Position numbers and translations under genes: made by a program. DNA of 57,165 nt. It comes from Candidatus Zambryskiibacteriota bacterium (GTDB taxonomy: Bacteria > Patescibacteriota > Minisyncoccia > Phycocordibacterales > Zambryskibacteraceae). The stretch covers positions 1 to 57,165 of the forward strand of contig JACPAD010000005.1 in the NCBI GenBank assembly GCA_016180955.1. The letters are read 5' to 3'. Every line of letters begins with the position of its first letter. Positions within the stretch are counted from its first letter, which is position 1. Below the pieces are notes generated by a model. The model had not been told where the DNA came from. It saw nothing but the letters and a program-made list of their open reading frames with translations, and did not search any database. This document shows positions 26,473 to 35,558 of this stretch, in pieces.

Positions 26473-26655
26473 TTATTTTTTGTTCAATTCGGTCATAATA
26501 CGGGCAATCTCTTTGCGAAGCATGCTGCCCTCTTTGACATTTCTGGTCTTCGAGCCAGCTTCACCGAAGCGGAAATTTCTCAAAGTTTCTCTCTTTTCAT
26601 AAAGAGCTTTGACGAGGTTCTCCTTTGATTGGCCGTGATAGGCAGTCTTTTTCAT
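26473..26655 (-). CDS. rpmC: 50S ribosomal protein L29
   Basis: LRNFRF...RKEIARIMTEL; operon position. Confidence 0.9.
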   Translation of the reverse strand: MKKTAYHGQSKENLVKALYEKRETLRNFRFGEAGSKTRNVKEGSMLRKEIARIMTELNKK

Positions 26656-26656
26656 A

Positions 26657-27073
26657 TTACCTTGCAACTATCTTAGTCTTCATCGGGAGCTTAGTGCCCG
26701 CTTTACGCAAGGCTTCGCGCGCCACTGGCTCGGTAGTGCCATCGACCTCAAAGATTACTCGACCGGCAAGCACTGGCGCCACGTATCCTTCCAGATCCCC
26801 CTTGCCTTTGCCAAGTTTAACTTCGGCAGGCTTTCTGGTATAAGGCATGTCCGGGAAAATGCGTATCCAAAGACGTCCGGTTTTACCTATCGAGCGCGAC
26901 AAAACTTTCCTCGCTGCCTCAATCTGTTGGGAGCGGACGCGGGCAGGCTGTAGCGCCTTCAGACCGTACGAACCGAAAGCGACTGTGGCGCCGCGCGAGG
27001 CCACACCCACTTTCTTAGGGTTTTTCCTCATCGTCTGCCATTTTCTATATTTAACTTTCTTCGGGAATAACAT
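26657..27073 (-). CDS. rplP: 50S ribosomal protein L16
   Basis: MLFPKKVKYRK, WIRIFPD, GKGKG, KLPMKT. Confidence 0.97.
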   Translation of the reverse strand: MLFPKKVKYRKWQTMRKNPKKVGVASRGATVAFGSYGLKALQPARVRSQQIEAARKVLSRSIGKTGRLWIRIFPDMPYTRKPAEVKLGKGKGDLEGYVAPVLAGRVIFEVDGTTEPVAREALRKAGTKLPMKTKIVAR

Positions 27074-27074
27074 G

Positions 27075-27728
27075 CTATTCAAAAATATCGCCTTTATATA
27101 TCCAAACTTTTACGCCTACAGATCCCAGTGGAAGACAGGCCCTGCCTTGAGCATAATCAACGTTAGCCCGCAGAGTTTGAAGCGGGATACGTCCTTTTTT
27201 ATGGGTTTCGGTACGAGCCATGCCGCCGCCAATCATTCCAGAGAGCACAACCTTTACTCCCAAAACATCTCGGTTGGCAATGACTTTTTCCACAGTCTGC
27301 TTCATCACACGACGGAAAGGCAGACGTTTTTCGAGACCTTCTACCACCATCTGAGCGACAATAGCGGCGTTTGCTTCAGCATTTTTAACCTCTTTGATAT
27401 CGAGTTTGATGTCGATCTTGTCCTGAAGAAGATTATTTTTCATCAAAAGCTTTTTGACTTCTGCTCTTAGTTTCTCTGCTCCATCTCCCTGGCGTCCGAT
27501 AATCATCCCCGGACGGGAGCTTGAAACGATGATGCGCAGCGCTTTAGCGCTTCTCTCTATCTCGATATCAGCCAAGAAAAAACTCTTGAGTTTTTTCTCA
27601 AGAAACTGACGAATAAGCACATCGCTGCGGAGCGCTTCTTTGTATTTGCCTTTCGGCGAAAACCAGCGCGATTTCCAGTCGTACAAGATACCCAAACGAT
27701 GCGAATATGGATGAACGGTATGAGTCAT
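27075..27728 (-). CDS. rpsC: 30S ribosomal protein S3
   Basis: VHPYSHRLG, RPGMIIG, GRIPLQTLRA, GVKVWIYKG. Confidence 0.97.
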   Translation of the reverse strand: MTHTVHPYSHRLGILYDWKSRWFSPKGKYKEALRSDVLIRQFLEKKLKSFFLADIEIERSAKALRIIVSSSRPGMIIGRQGDGAEKLRAEVKKLLMKNNLLQDKIDIKLDIKEVKNAEANAAIVAQMVVEGLEKRLPFRRVMKQTVEKVIANRDVLGVKVVLSGMIGGGMARTETHKKGRIPLQTLRANVDYAQGRACLPLGSVGVKVWIYKGDIFE

Positions 27729-27729
27729 G

Positions 27730-28053
27730 TTACTTTCCTTCGGCAAGAATTACACTGACACGGCTTGTTCTTTTACGAATGGGGTTAGCCATACCACGAG
27801 AGCGCGGCTGGCGACGGTAGAGAGTGGGGCCGGCATTGACCTGAATTTCTTTTATAAAGAGATTGTCATTTTTCCCGCCGTTAGCATAAGCTGAAGCAAT
27901 AAGTTTTTTTAGCGGAAGTGAGGAACGTTTAGGTATAAAATCGAGAAGAATCAAAGCTTCCTCGACTCTTTTACCTCGCACGGTGTCAGCCACCACCCTG
28001 ACCTTCCTCGGGGATTGCCGGTAATTTTTCAATTCTGCTTTGATTTCTGGCAT
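27730..28053 (-). CDS. rplV: 50S ribosomal protein L22
   Basis: RQSPRKVRVVAD, NAGPTL, IRKRTS. Confidence 0.97.
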   Translation of the reverse strand: MPEIKAELKNYRQSPRKVRVVADTVRGKRVEEALILLDFIPKRSSLPLKKLIASAYANGGKNDNLFIKEIQVNAGPTLYRRQPRSRGMANPIRKRTSRVSVILAEGK

Positions 28054-28078
28054 GTTGTTACTTCTTACTCCCTACTTC

Positions 28079-28420
28079 TTACTTCTTGGATTCCGCCGCG
28101 CCCTTAGCGGCTTTGGCTGCGGCAATCTCGGTCTCCTTCTGCTTCATTTCAAGCTCCTTTTGCATTTTACCGCCGTGGCGAACGAATTTGCGCGTCAGCG
28201 CAAATTCACCGAGGCGGTGTCCGACCATGTCCTCGGTGACGAATACTTCTATATGCTGGCGACCGTTATGGACCCCGAAGGTAAAGCCGACCATTTCCGG
28301 AGCGATCTGACAGGCCCTCGACCACGTCTTAATCACCCCCGTTGCAGCGGGATTCTTACCCTCGATTTTTTTGAGTACTCGAGGGTCGACGTATGGACCT
28401 TTTATAGATGAGCGAGTCAC
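28079..28420 (-). CDS. rpsS: 30S ribosomal protein S19
   Basis: [24 protein letters not shown]. Confidence 0.97.
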   Translation of the reverse strand: MTRSSIKGPYVDPRVLKKIEGKNPAATGVIKTWSRACQIAPEMVGFTFGVHNGRQHIEVFVTEDMVGHRLGEFALTRKFVRHGGKMQKELEMKQKETEIAAAKAAKGAAESKK

Positions 28421-28479
28421 TTGAGTTAAATAATCCCGCCTTGGCGGGATTCCGAGTTATAGTATAGAAATAAAGGGGA

Positions 28480-28515
28480 AAAAGCAACCCCGCCCTGCAA
28501 AAGCAGGGCGGGGTT
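28480..28515 (-). terminator. Terminator after the inserted TM-helix gene
   Basis: AACCCCGCCCTGC-AAAA-GCAGGGCGGGGTT, 13-bp stem with a minus-strand T tract. Confidence 0.7.
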
Positions 28516-28557
28516 AAAAACACAAAGGTATTATCTAGCTAAAATAATACCAATGTT

Positions 28558-29253
28558 CTAGCTGTTGTGTCTGCCGCTCATTTCGCCGCGAAGCTTCTCG
28601 ATGAAGCGAGCTGCCGCTTCCTGGCCGCCTAGGCCGAAGGAGAGACCAAGTGCCAAAGAAATGGCGATGACCACACCAGTAAAGAGGGTTTGACTGAAGG
28701 CAGTAGCGATACCTAGTTGCGAGAGGGCAACGAGAATGGCAAATACCCAGACGGCCCACTTGGCGATAGCGCCGGCGAAATGCGCCGATTCCACGCCCGC
28801 CGTTTTAGCCGCAGTGACAACCACGCGACCGGCCACATCACCCACTACGCCTCCTACAAGAAGGACGAGAGCAGCCGCTATTACTCGAGGCAAGTAGCCA
28901 AGGACTACATCCTGAAGGAAGAGGTTGACCTGGGTAAGGCCCAAAACGTCGAAAGCCGCGACTAAGAAGACGACGATTACAAACCACCTGACCAGAGCTC
29001 CGACGAAAGCGCCCGAATCAAGATTGACGCCTCCGCGGCGCAAGAATGATTCGAAGCCGGCGCGGCGCAAAGCGTCGTCGATCCTAAGAGACTTGAGTAC
29101 TTGCCAGACCGCGCGGCCGAGAAGGGCTCCGATGAGCCATCCAAGGACGAGAATGACGAGAGCAATCACAAGGTTCGGGACAAAATTAACCACTCCAATC
29201 CAAAGATTTTGGAAAGAAACGGTCAATACTTCTCCCCATGTGTTTAATAACAT
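28558..29253 (-). CDS. MscS-related TM-helix repeat membrane protein (CmpX-like)
   Basis: FVPNLVIALVILVLGW and YLPRVIAAALVLLVG repeats, LSFGLGG. Confidence 0.8.
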   Translation of the reverse strand: MLLNTWGEVLTVSFQNLWIGVVNFVPNLVIALVILVLGWLIGALLGRAVWQVLKSLRIDDALRRAGFESFLRRGGVNLDSGAFVGALVRWFVIVVFLVAAFDVLGLTQVNLFLQDVVLGYLPRVIAAALVLLVGGVVGDVAGRVVVTAAKTAGVESAHFAGAIAKWAVWVFAILVALSQLGIATAFSQTLFTGVVIAISLALGLSFGLGGQEAAARFIEKLRGEMSGRHNS

Positions 29254-29350
29254 AAGTTCTTGACTGAATATCTGTGCAAATGCACTTACTATTAATTTAC
29301 CACTCTAAAAGGGGTATGAAATAATTATACACCCAAAAATAAAGCAATTT

Positions 29351-29950
29351 TCAAGCCTGTGGATATCCAGGCGCTACGGCCGGCGCCGGTTGAAGGCTTA
29401 ATTTATTGAGAATTTTCTCGTGTCGGGACTCTAAAATATCTCTAATAAGCTTGTCGTAGATACCCAGACGATAGTTGAAATCGCTTGTTTCAAAGACGGC
29501 ATAGCGCAATTCCGACCCTAATTCCGCTTCAATGGAAGACATGATGGAGAGAAGTTTACCCTGCCTGATGTTGTCTCCCACGACCAGAAGATCCACCCGC
29601 GAGTCAGGGTCGTGGAGAAAAACTCCTGAAATAAGAACGAGCTTGATATTGCCGCTAGCGGAGAGCCTTTTGACAATCTCCTTCTCGGAAAGAGGAGCGG
29701 CGTCGATGAGAAAGTTGCCGATGGCCGGCAGGTAGCGGTAATTCTTGTTTAGAGTAAAGGTTTTACCGCGCTTTCTGACGAGGCCGGCCCTGATAAGGTC
29801 GGCGAGTTCGCGTCGAGCGACGGGTGGACGCGTTTTAGCCCTCTGGGCAACCTCCGAGGAGGTGAAGGCGAGGTTAGGATTAAAGATGAAAAGACGCATG
29901 ATCTTGACCTTCCCTTCCCCGCCGAAGATATGGGCCACCGACTTTTGCAT
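29351..29950 (-). CDS. Putative regulator with wHTH plus nucleotidyltransferase-like domain
   Basis: N-terminal IFG...KIMRLF..N; C-terminal SG.F....DLLVVGD...ELRY. Confidence 0.55.
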   Translation of the reverse strand: MQKSVAHIFGGEGKVKIMRLFIFNPNLAFTSSEVAQRAKTRPPVARRELADLIRAGLVRKRGKTFTLNKNYRYLPAIGNFLIDAAPLSEKEIVKRLSASGNIKLVLISGVFLHDPDSRVDLLVVGDNIRQGKLLSIMSSIEAELGSELRYAVFETSDFNYRLGIYDKLIRDILESRHEKILNKLSLQPAPAVAPGYPQA

Positions 29951-29962
29951 GCCCCTATATTA

Positions 29963-30367
29963 CTACTTGAGCGTCACTTTTCCACCCGCTACTTCCACCT
30001 GTTTCTTCAGCGCTTCGGCTTCTTCCTTCTTCATGTCTTGCTTCAACATCGACGGAGCGGCGTCGACAAGATCCTTGGCTTCCTTGAGACCAAGGCCCAG
30101 AACTTCTTTAACAACCTTGATGATGGCGATCTTATTGGCACCACTGTCAGTGAGTTCAACACTGGCTGTCAATTTCTCTTCTATCACCTCGCCAGAGCCT
30201 TGTGCGGAGGCGGGCCCAGCAACAGCCGTTGCACTGACGCCGAACTTCTCTTCGAAGGCTTTAACAAGTTCATTGAGTTCCAAGACTGACATATCCTCTA
30301 TTTCTTTGACAATTTTCGCGAATTTAGCTGGAACTGCCATTTCTTTCTTTTCTTCTGTATTTTCCAT
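29963..30367 (-). CDS. rplL: 50S ribosomal protein L7/L12
   Basis: [34 protein letters not shown]. Confidence 0.97.
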   Translation of the reverse strand: MENTEEKKEMAVPAKFAKIVKEIEDMSVLELNELVKAFEEKFGVSATAVAGPASAQGSGEVIEEKLTASVELTDSGANKIAIIKVVKEVLGLGLKEAKDLVDAAPSMLKQDMKKEEAEALKKQVEVAGGKVTLK

Positions 30368-30465
30368 TTTGTTAATTTCTAATTTCTAATTTCTAATTGT
30401 TCTAATTTCTAACTAAATCCCGATTCCTAATTTTTAGGTTAATTAGGTTAATTAGAATAATTAGG

Positions 30466-30954
30466 TTAATTGCGAGCCTTTGCTATTTCGTTTAAGGCGA
30501 TAGCAACTCTCTGCAAAGGCGAGTTAATGATGTTGACAAACTTACCGCGCAGGACCAGAAGCGTCGGAATCTTGGCTATTTCGGTAATCTCGTCGGCGCT
30601 CATATAGCGGCCTTCAAAGATACCACCGAGAATTTTCAAGTTATCGGGAAATTTCTTGACGAAGGTGTAGACTTCGCGGGCCGGAGCGACTAAATCTTCA
30701 CCCCAGGCGAGAGCAAGCTCTCCTGGAAGTTCTAGCTTCTCTCCCTCGAACTTTTGTTCATCTAGAGCGCGAGCTGTCAGAGTCTTCTTCGCTACGGTGT
30801 AAGAAACGCCCTCTTTCTTAAGATTGCGTCGCATTTCTGTAGTATTTCCTACGGTCAAACCGCGAAAATTAACGAAGACAACTGAAGCCGCGCTTTTGAA
30901 CGCGCTTTTCAACTTATCAATTATTTCTCCTTTTTTAGCTTTAGTAATTGCCAT
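30466..30954 (-). CDS. rplJ: 50S ribosomal protein L10
   Basis: MAITKAKK, FRGLTV, VAKKTL, GG.FEG. Confidence 0.95.
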   Translation of the reverse strand: MAITKAKKGEIIDKLKSAFKSAASVVFVNFRGLTVGNTTEMRRNLKKEGVSYTVAKKTLTARALDEQKFEGEKLELPGELALAWGEDLVAPAREVYTFVKKFPDNLKILGGIFEGRYMSADEITEIAKIPTLLVLRGKFVNIINSPLQRVAIALNEIAKARN

Positions 30955-30987
30955 TGTTTTTAACTATTTTTAGACAAATAAAATCGA

Positions 30988-31058
30988 CCCATAAGGCCGT
31001 AGAGATGATCTCGGCCGGCAATTAAGGGTATACCCTCCGGCTGTCTTTGACCTTATGG
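30988..31058 (-). promoter_or_regulatory. L10 leader (autogenous control element)
   Basis: Minus strand CCATAAGG-TCAAAGAC-AGCCGG...TTAA-TTG-CCGGC-CGAG...CCTTATGG upstream of rplJ; TTGCCT-17-TAAGGT promoter at 31063-31091. Confidence 0.65.
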
Positions 31059-31291
31059 CACTACCTTACAGGAAATAAAAGAGTAAGGCAAATTATCCCC
31101 AGTTGCACTTTAAATAAAATTTACCAGGTATATCATTAATGCCGGTATGAAGGTGGCTCATTCTTGGAGACAATCGAGCGATTGTTGGGGATGAGTCAGG
31201 ATAATCTGAGGAGGAGAATGGCAAAGAAGACTGCGAAGAGCCAAATGGCGATGAAGAGCTAAATCGCAAAGTCGTTCGTCGACTCATCGGT

Positions 31292-31322
31292 GGGGTGCTC
31301 AACGTGAGCACCCCCTTTTTTT
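31292..31322 (+). terminator. Plus-strand terminator, antisense to the r-protein operon
   Basis: GGGGTGCTCA-ACG-TGAGCACCCC-C-TTTTTTT. Confidence 0.7.
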
Positions 31323-31330
31323 AATATGAT

Positions 31331-32170
31331 TTACTTCTTCCCAACCTTTCTGCGAGAAATAATAAACTTATTTGAATACTTTTTGGCGCGGCGGGATTTC
31401 TGGCCTTTGCCGACTGGAGTGCCGTAGACGTTGACGTCGCGGCGGCGGCCACGGCCGGAACGGCCTTCTCCGCCGCCGCGCGGATGGTCCGCCGGATTCA
31501 TAGCGGAACCGCGCACAGTGGGACGAATGCCCAGCCAGCGAGAGCGTCCAGCCTTACCGATATTTATCAAACGGTTTTCATTATTGGATACTTCTCCAAT
31601 CGAAGCCCATGCATTGGCCGGTGCTTTGCGTATTTCGCTTGAAGGTAATCTTATATCTACGTAGCCGCCATCTTTTGCCAAAATCTCGGCATAATCACCC
31701 CCAGAGCGCGCAACCTTTGCGCCTCCTCTGCTCTTGAGTTCAACGTTATATACGAAAGTCCCAACGACCATATTGCCCAGAGGCAGGCGATTGCCTGGAA
31801 TTTGAGGCGCCCTTTCGGAAACTACATAAACATCGCCTACACGAGCATTATTGTGGAGAAGAACATAACGCTTCTCGCCATCAGCGTATTGAGCAAGACC
31901 GATAAAGCCGGAACGGTTCGGATCATATTCAATAGTTTTTATAGTGAAAGGCACGTCGTACTTGTTGTAAGAGAAATCCACGTCGCGGTACAAGCGCTTG
32001 TGCCCGCCGCCCTTGTGGCGAGTGGTGATGATACCGGAAATGTTTCTGCCCCGTGCGCGGCGGGAGCCGTGAGTCAGGGATTTCTCTGGTTTATCGGCAG
32101 TGAGAAACTCGCGAAAGTTGATTCCAGACATCTGGCGGCGCGATTTAGTTGTCGGCTTGTAGTGTTTCAT
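31331..32170 (-). CDS. rplB: 50S ribosomal protein L2
   Basis: RHKGGGHKR, EYDPNRS, VRGSAMNPADHPRGGGEG. Confidence 0.97.
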   Translation of the reverse strand: MKHYKPTTKSRRQMSGINFREFLTADKPEKSLTHGSRRARGRNISGIITTRHKGGGHKRLYRDVDFSYNKYDVPFTIKTIEYDPNRSGFIGLAQYADGEKRYVLLHNNARVGDVYVVSERAPQIPGNRLPLGNMVVGTFVYNVELKSRGGAKVARSGGDYAEILAKDGGYVDIRLPSSEIRKAPANAWASIGEVSNNENRLINIGKAGRSRWLGIRPTVRGSAMNPADHPRGGGEGRSGRGRRRDVNVYGTPVGKGQKSRRAKKYSNKFIISRRKVGKK

Positions 32171-32463
32171 TACAAGAGTTCTATTTTGTCTCCTTTCTTG
32201 AGATATACGTATGCTTTCTTGCCGCCCCTTTTTACTCCTTTTTTGCCACGGATGAAAACTGCTTTATCAGGAATGTTAGCCACGCGCACCTTAACCGGTA
32301 TTACCTTGTAAGCCGCACGTACCGAAGCGGCGATAGAGGACTTAGTAGCCTTCGAAGCGACTTCGAAGACATAAGTATTGTTTTTGTCGGCGCTTAAAGC
32401 TGCCTTCTCGGTTATGCGAGGACGCAGTAGAACATTTTTCGCCTTTAAATTAAGATTTAGCAT
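32170..32463 (-). CDS. rplW: 50S ribosomal protein L23
   Basis: RPRITEKA, YVFEV, KKAYVYL. Confidence 0.96.
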   Translation of the reverse strand: MLNLNLKAKNVLLRPRITEKAALSADKNNTYVFEVASKATKSSIAASVRAAYKVIPVKVRVANIPDKAVFIRGKKGVKRGGKKAYVYLKKGDKIELL

Positions 32464-33109
32464 TTTTTATTTTCGGTAATGCCTTAAGAGAAATTTCCGG
32501 ATTCTCAAGAATTATATATTTGTACTGGAGAAGTGTAAGGGGGTTAAGGTTCCTCGCTTCCAGTACTTCAACATTGCTTAGATTCCTGAAGGCGCGTTCA
32601 GTTTCCTTATTCTTAGAGCCCAACGCAATGGCTGCTGCATTTTTCTTTTTCGACATAATTTTGAAATCAGAGAAAGCATTCAATGTTTTAATAGCTTGTT
32701 TAGTTTTAGCTTGAGGCATTGTAAGAGCGTCTACAAAAAGCACTTCTCCATCGTGCAATTTTCTCGAAAGAATGGTGTGGAGGGCCTTGATACGCATAGT
32801 CTTTCCAACCTTGCGCTCATAATTTTTATCAGTGCGCGGGCCGTGAGCGACACCGCCATGCCGCCAAAGTGGTGAGCGTATCGAACCATGACGGGCTCGA
32901 CCTGTTCCTTTCTGCTTCCAGGGTTTTCTGCCGCCGCCTCGTACCTTCCCTCTAGTCTTGGTGTGCGCGATATTCTTTCTTTTGGATGAAAGCAGCGAGT
33001 CAGCGACTTGCTTGACCAAGTCGGCATTCCACTTAACGCCGAAAATATTTTCCGGCAAATTGACTGTGCCCGCTTTCTTACCTTCCAGATTGTAGAGCGC
33101 CGTTTCCAT
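32450..33109 (-). CDS. rplD: 50S ribosomal protein L4
   Basis: KTRGKVRGGGRKPWKQKGTGRARHGSIRSP. Confidence 0.97.
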   Translation of the reverse strand: METALYNLEGKKAGTVNLPENIFGVKWNADLVKQVADSLLSSKRKNIAHTKTRGKVRGGGRKPWKQKGTGRARHGSIRSPLWRHGGVAHGPRTDKNYERKVGKTMRIKALHTILSRKLHDGEVLFVDALTMPQAKTKQAIKTLNAFSDFKIMSKKKNAAAIALGSKNKETERAFRNLSNVEVLEARNLNPLTLLQYKYIILENPEISLKALPKIKNAKS

Positions 33110-33133
33110 ATTACTTATAGTGAGTTTATCGAA

Positions 33134-33592
33134 CTACTTGCTCTTAATTTCGAGAAACGTTCCTCTACGTCCGGGAATTGCACCGCTAATGAAGATTTCT
33201 TTTGTCTCCGGAAGAATCTTCACTACGCGAAGATTTTTGACTGTTACTCTTTCCCCGCCCATGCGGCCGGCCATGCGCATACCCTTGGCCACCTTGCCGC
33301 CGGCGCGTCCGCCGCCCCCAATCGAGCCCGGCTCGCGCTCGGAGTGTTTCTGCCCGTGCGAGCGCGGGCCACCTTTGAAGCCATGCCGCTTCACCACGCC
33401 TTGGAAACCTTTGCCCTTCGAGATACCGGAAACGGAAACAATATCGCCTTCTTTCAAGACCCCCTCCGCCTGCGGCACCTCCCCCTTGGCAAGGGGGAGA
33501 TTGGTGGGGGTCTCAAGTACCACCAAAGTCACCGGCTCGACTACGCCGGAATCAGAAAAGATTTGGGTCATGTTTATTTTCTTGGCTTTCAT
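33134..33592 (-). CDS. rplC: 50S ribosomal protein L3 (internally shortened, with a palindrome insertion)
   Basis: KKINMTQIF, KGKGFQGVVKRHGF, GMRMAGRMG, GAIPG; only 152 aa. Confidence 0.93.
   Translation of the reverse strand: MKAKKINMTQIFSDSGVVEPVTLVVLETPTNLPLAKGEVPQAEGVLKEGDIVSVSGISKGKGFQGVVKRHGFKGGPRSHGQKHSEREPGSIGGGGRAGGKVAKGMRMAGRMGGERVTVKNLRVVKILPETKEIFISGAIPGRRGTFLEIKSK
33458..33499 (+). repeat. 42-bp palindromic element inside rplC
   Basis: GACCCCCTCCGCCTGCGGCACCTCCCCCTTGGCAAGGGGGAG; 38/42 identical to the reverse complement of 45931-45972. Confidence 0.85.
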
Positions 33593-33611
33593 CTACGGCG
33601 AATGGGTCGAA

Positions 33612-34007
33612 CTATACCATTTTGACGTCGATATTAACACCCGAAGGCAATGACAAGTTAGTCAGCGCCTCTATTACCTTCTGAGAAGGATTCACGATAT
33701 CGATAAGCCGTTTGTGGATTCGCATTTCGAATTGTTCTCGCGCATTCTTATACACGAACGCCGCGCGATTTACCGTGTAAATTTTTTTCTCCACAGGCAG
33801 CGGGACAGGGCCCACTACCTTTGCATCGTAGCGGAGAGCAGTATCCATAATCTGTTTGACCGAAAGGTCGAGAATCTTGGATTCGTAGGCACGAACTCTG
33901 ATGCGCAGTCGGGAGATTACTTCTTCAGTCTTGGCCTTTTTCAAGGTCTTTCCTGCCCGGCCTGCCTTCGAGGCAGTCGGGTTAAGTTTTGACGGAACTT
34001 TCGCCAT
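33612..34007 (-). CDS. rpsJ: 30S ribosomal protein S10 with N-terminal extension
   Basis: RLRIRVRAY, GPVPLP, AREQFEMRIHKRLIDI. Confidence 0.96.
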   Translation of the reverse strand: MAKVPSKLNPTASKAGRAGKTLKKAKTEEVISRLRIRVRAYESKILDLSVKQIMDTALRYDAKVVGPVPLPVEKKIYTVNRAAFVYKNAREQFEMRIHKRLIDIVNPSQKVIEALTNLSLPSGVNIDVKMV

Positions 34008-34013
34008 TGTTGA

Positions 34014-35207
34014 TTAGGCGACTATTTTGGTTACCACTCCTGCGCCGACGGTTTTGCCGCCTTCGCGAATGGCGAAGCGTCGCTGCTCTTCGAGAGCGAC
34101 CGGAGCGACCAACTTCACCTTAAAGGTTGCCGTGTCGCCGGGCATGACCATCTCAACGCCTTCAGCTAGAGCCACTTCGCCCGTGACGTCGGTGGTACCA
34201 ATGTAGAATTGCGGTTTGTAGCCAGTAAAGAACGGGGTGTGGCGGCCGCCTTCTTCTTTCTTCAGAACATAAACCTCGGCGCTAAACTCGGTGTGAGGAG
34301 TGATTGAGCCCGGCTTGGCCAATACCTGGCCGCGGTGGAGGTCTTCTTTCTTGGTGCCGCGCAGAAGTATGCCGGCATTGTCTCCGGCCACGCCCTCCTG
34401 AAGCGACTTATTGAACATTTCGATGCCGGTAATAGTCGTCTTCATCGTATCTTTGATGCCGATGATCTCGACTTCTTCGCCAACTTTAACTTTGCCTCGT
34501 TCAATCCTGCCGGTAACCACTGTGCCGCGGCCTTCGATAGAGAAGATATCCTCGATAGGCATGAGGAACGGCTTGTCAAGGTCGCGGACCGGAATCGGAA
34601 AGTAAGTGTCGAGAGCGTCGGTAAGCTCAAGAATCTTTTTGGACCATTCATCGTCTATACCAGAGGCCTCAAGGGCTTTAAGGGCCGAGCCCTGGATAAC
34701 CGGAGCGTTGGCGCCATCGTATTCGTATTTCTTGAGAAGGTCGCGAACCTCTTCCTCCACGAGAGCGATGAGTTCTTTGTCACTGACCTGATCGCATTTG
34801 TTGAGAAAGACGACGATCTTCGGCACCCCGACCTGCTTTGCCAATAGGATATGCTCTCTGGTTTGAGGCATCACGCCGTCAGTGGCGGCGACCACGAGGA
34901 TTGCGCCGTCCATCTGGGCGGCGCCAGTGATCATATTTTTGATGTAGTCAGCGTGTCCCGGAGCATCAACGTGCGCGTAGTGGCGCGCATCGGTTTCGTA
35001 TTCGGAGTGATGGAGAGAAATGGTAATACCTCGGGCTTTCTCTTCCGGAGTATTGTCAATCTGACCAACATTCTCTAGCTTCACTTTTTTGCCTGCGCGG
35101 TTAAGCACATTCAAAATTGCGGCGGTGAGAGTAGTCTTGCCGTGATCAACGTGTCCAATGGTACCGACGTTGATGTGCGGCTTGGAACGATCAAATTCTG
35201 CTGCCAT
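34014..35207 (-). CDS. tuf: Elongation factor Tu
   Basis: [28 protein letters not shown]. Confidence 0.99.
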   Translation of the reverse strand: MAAEFDRSKPHINVGTIGHVDHGKTTLTAAILNVLNRAGKKVKLENVGQIDNTPEEKARGITISLHHSEYETDARHYAHVDAPGHADYIKNMITGAAQMDGAILVVAATDGVMPQTREHILLAKQVGVPKIVVFLNKCDQVSDKELIALVEEEVRDLLKKYEYDGANAPVIQGSALKALEASGIDDEWSKKILELTDALDTYFPIPVRDLDKPFLMPIEDIFSIEGRGTVVTGRIERGKVKVGEEVEIIGIKDTMKTTITGIEMFNKSLQEGVAGDNAGILLRGTKKEDLHRGQVLAKPGSITPHTEFSAEVYVLKKEEGGRHTPFFTGYKPQFYIGTTDVTGEVALAEGVEMVMPGDTATFKVKLVAPVALEEQRRFAIREGGKTVGAGVVTKIVA

Positions 35208-35443
35208 ATGTTTAGTTTAGTAAGGTTAATAAGGTGATAAGGTAATAAATTTTCCTGAAACAAAGAAAGCGCGCGAGAACCTTTGCTTTCTCCGGTTCAA
35301 GAGCGCGCTAAACCATAAAAACGTCCTATTGAGACAATCCTCAAAGAGCATTAAACGGTATAACGCGTAAGCGCCATATTATACAAAGGTCTGGGAAATG
35401 TAAAGGGCCGGGTTCCGTTAGGAACTCCGGCCCTCCTTTTACT

Positions 35444-35472
35444 ACTATACACCTATTTCATATAAAAGTCAA
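35444..35472 (-). promoter_or_regulatory. sigma70 promoter upstream of tuf
   Basis: TTGACT-17-TATAGT, followed by a GC hairpin at 35404-35434. Confidence 0.7.
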
Positions 35473-35558
35473 GGATTTTGAGATAAAACCCTTATTTGAA
35501 GTCATTTTATTAAAACTTCAGCTTGTTACATTTCGCAAGAACCGTTCTTGCGAAAGTT

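Noticed and set aside
35531-35555. TTTCGCAAGAA/TTCTTGCGAAA inverted repeat after fusA as a terminator
   Set aside because: No U tract on the coding strand; it may be an isolated palindrome or processing site, and the function is unsupported
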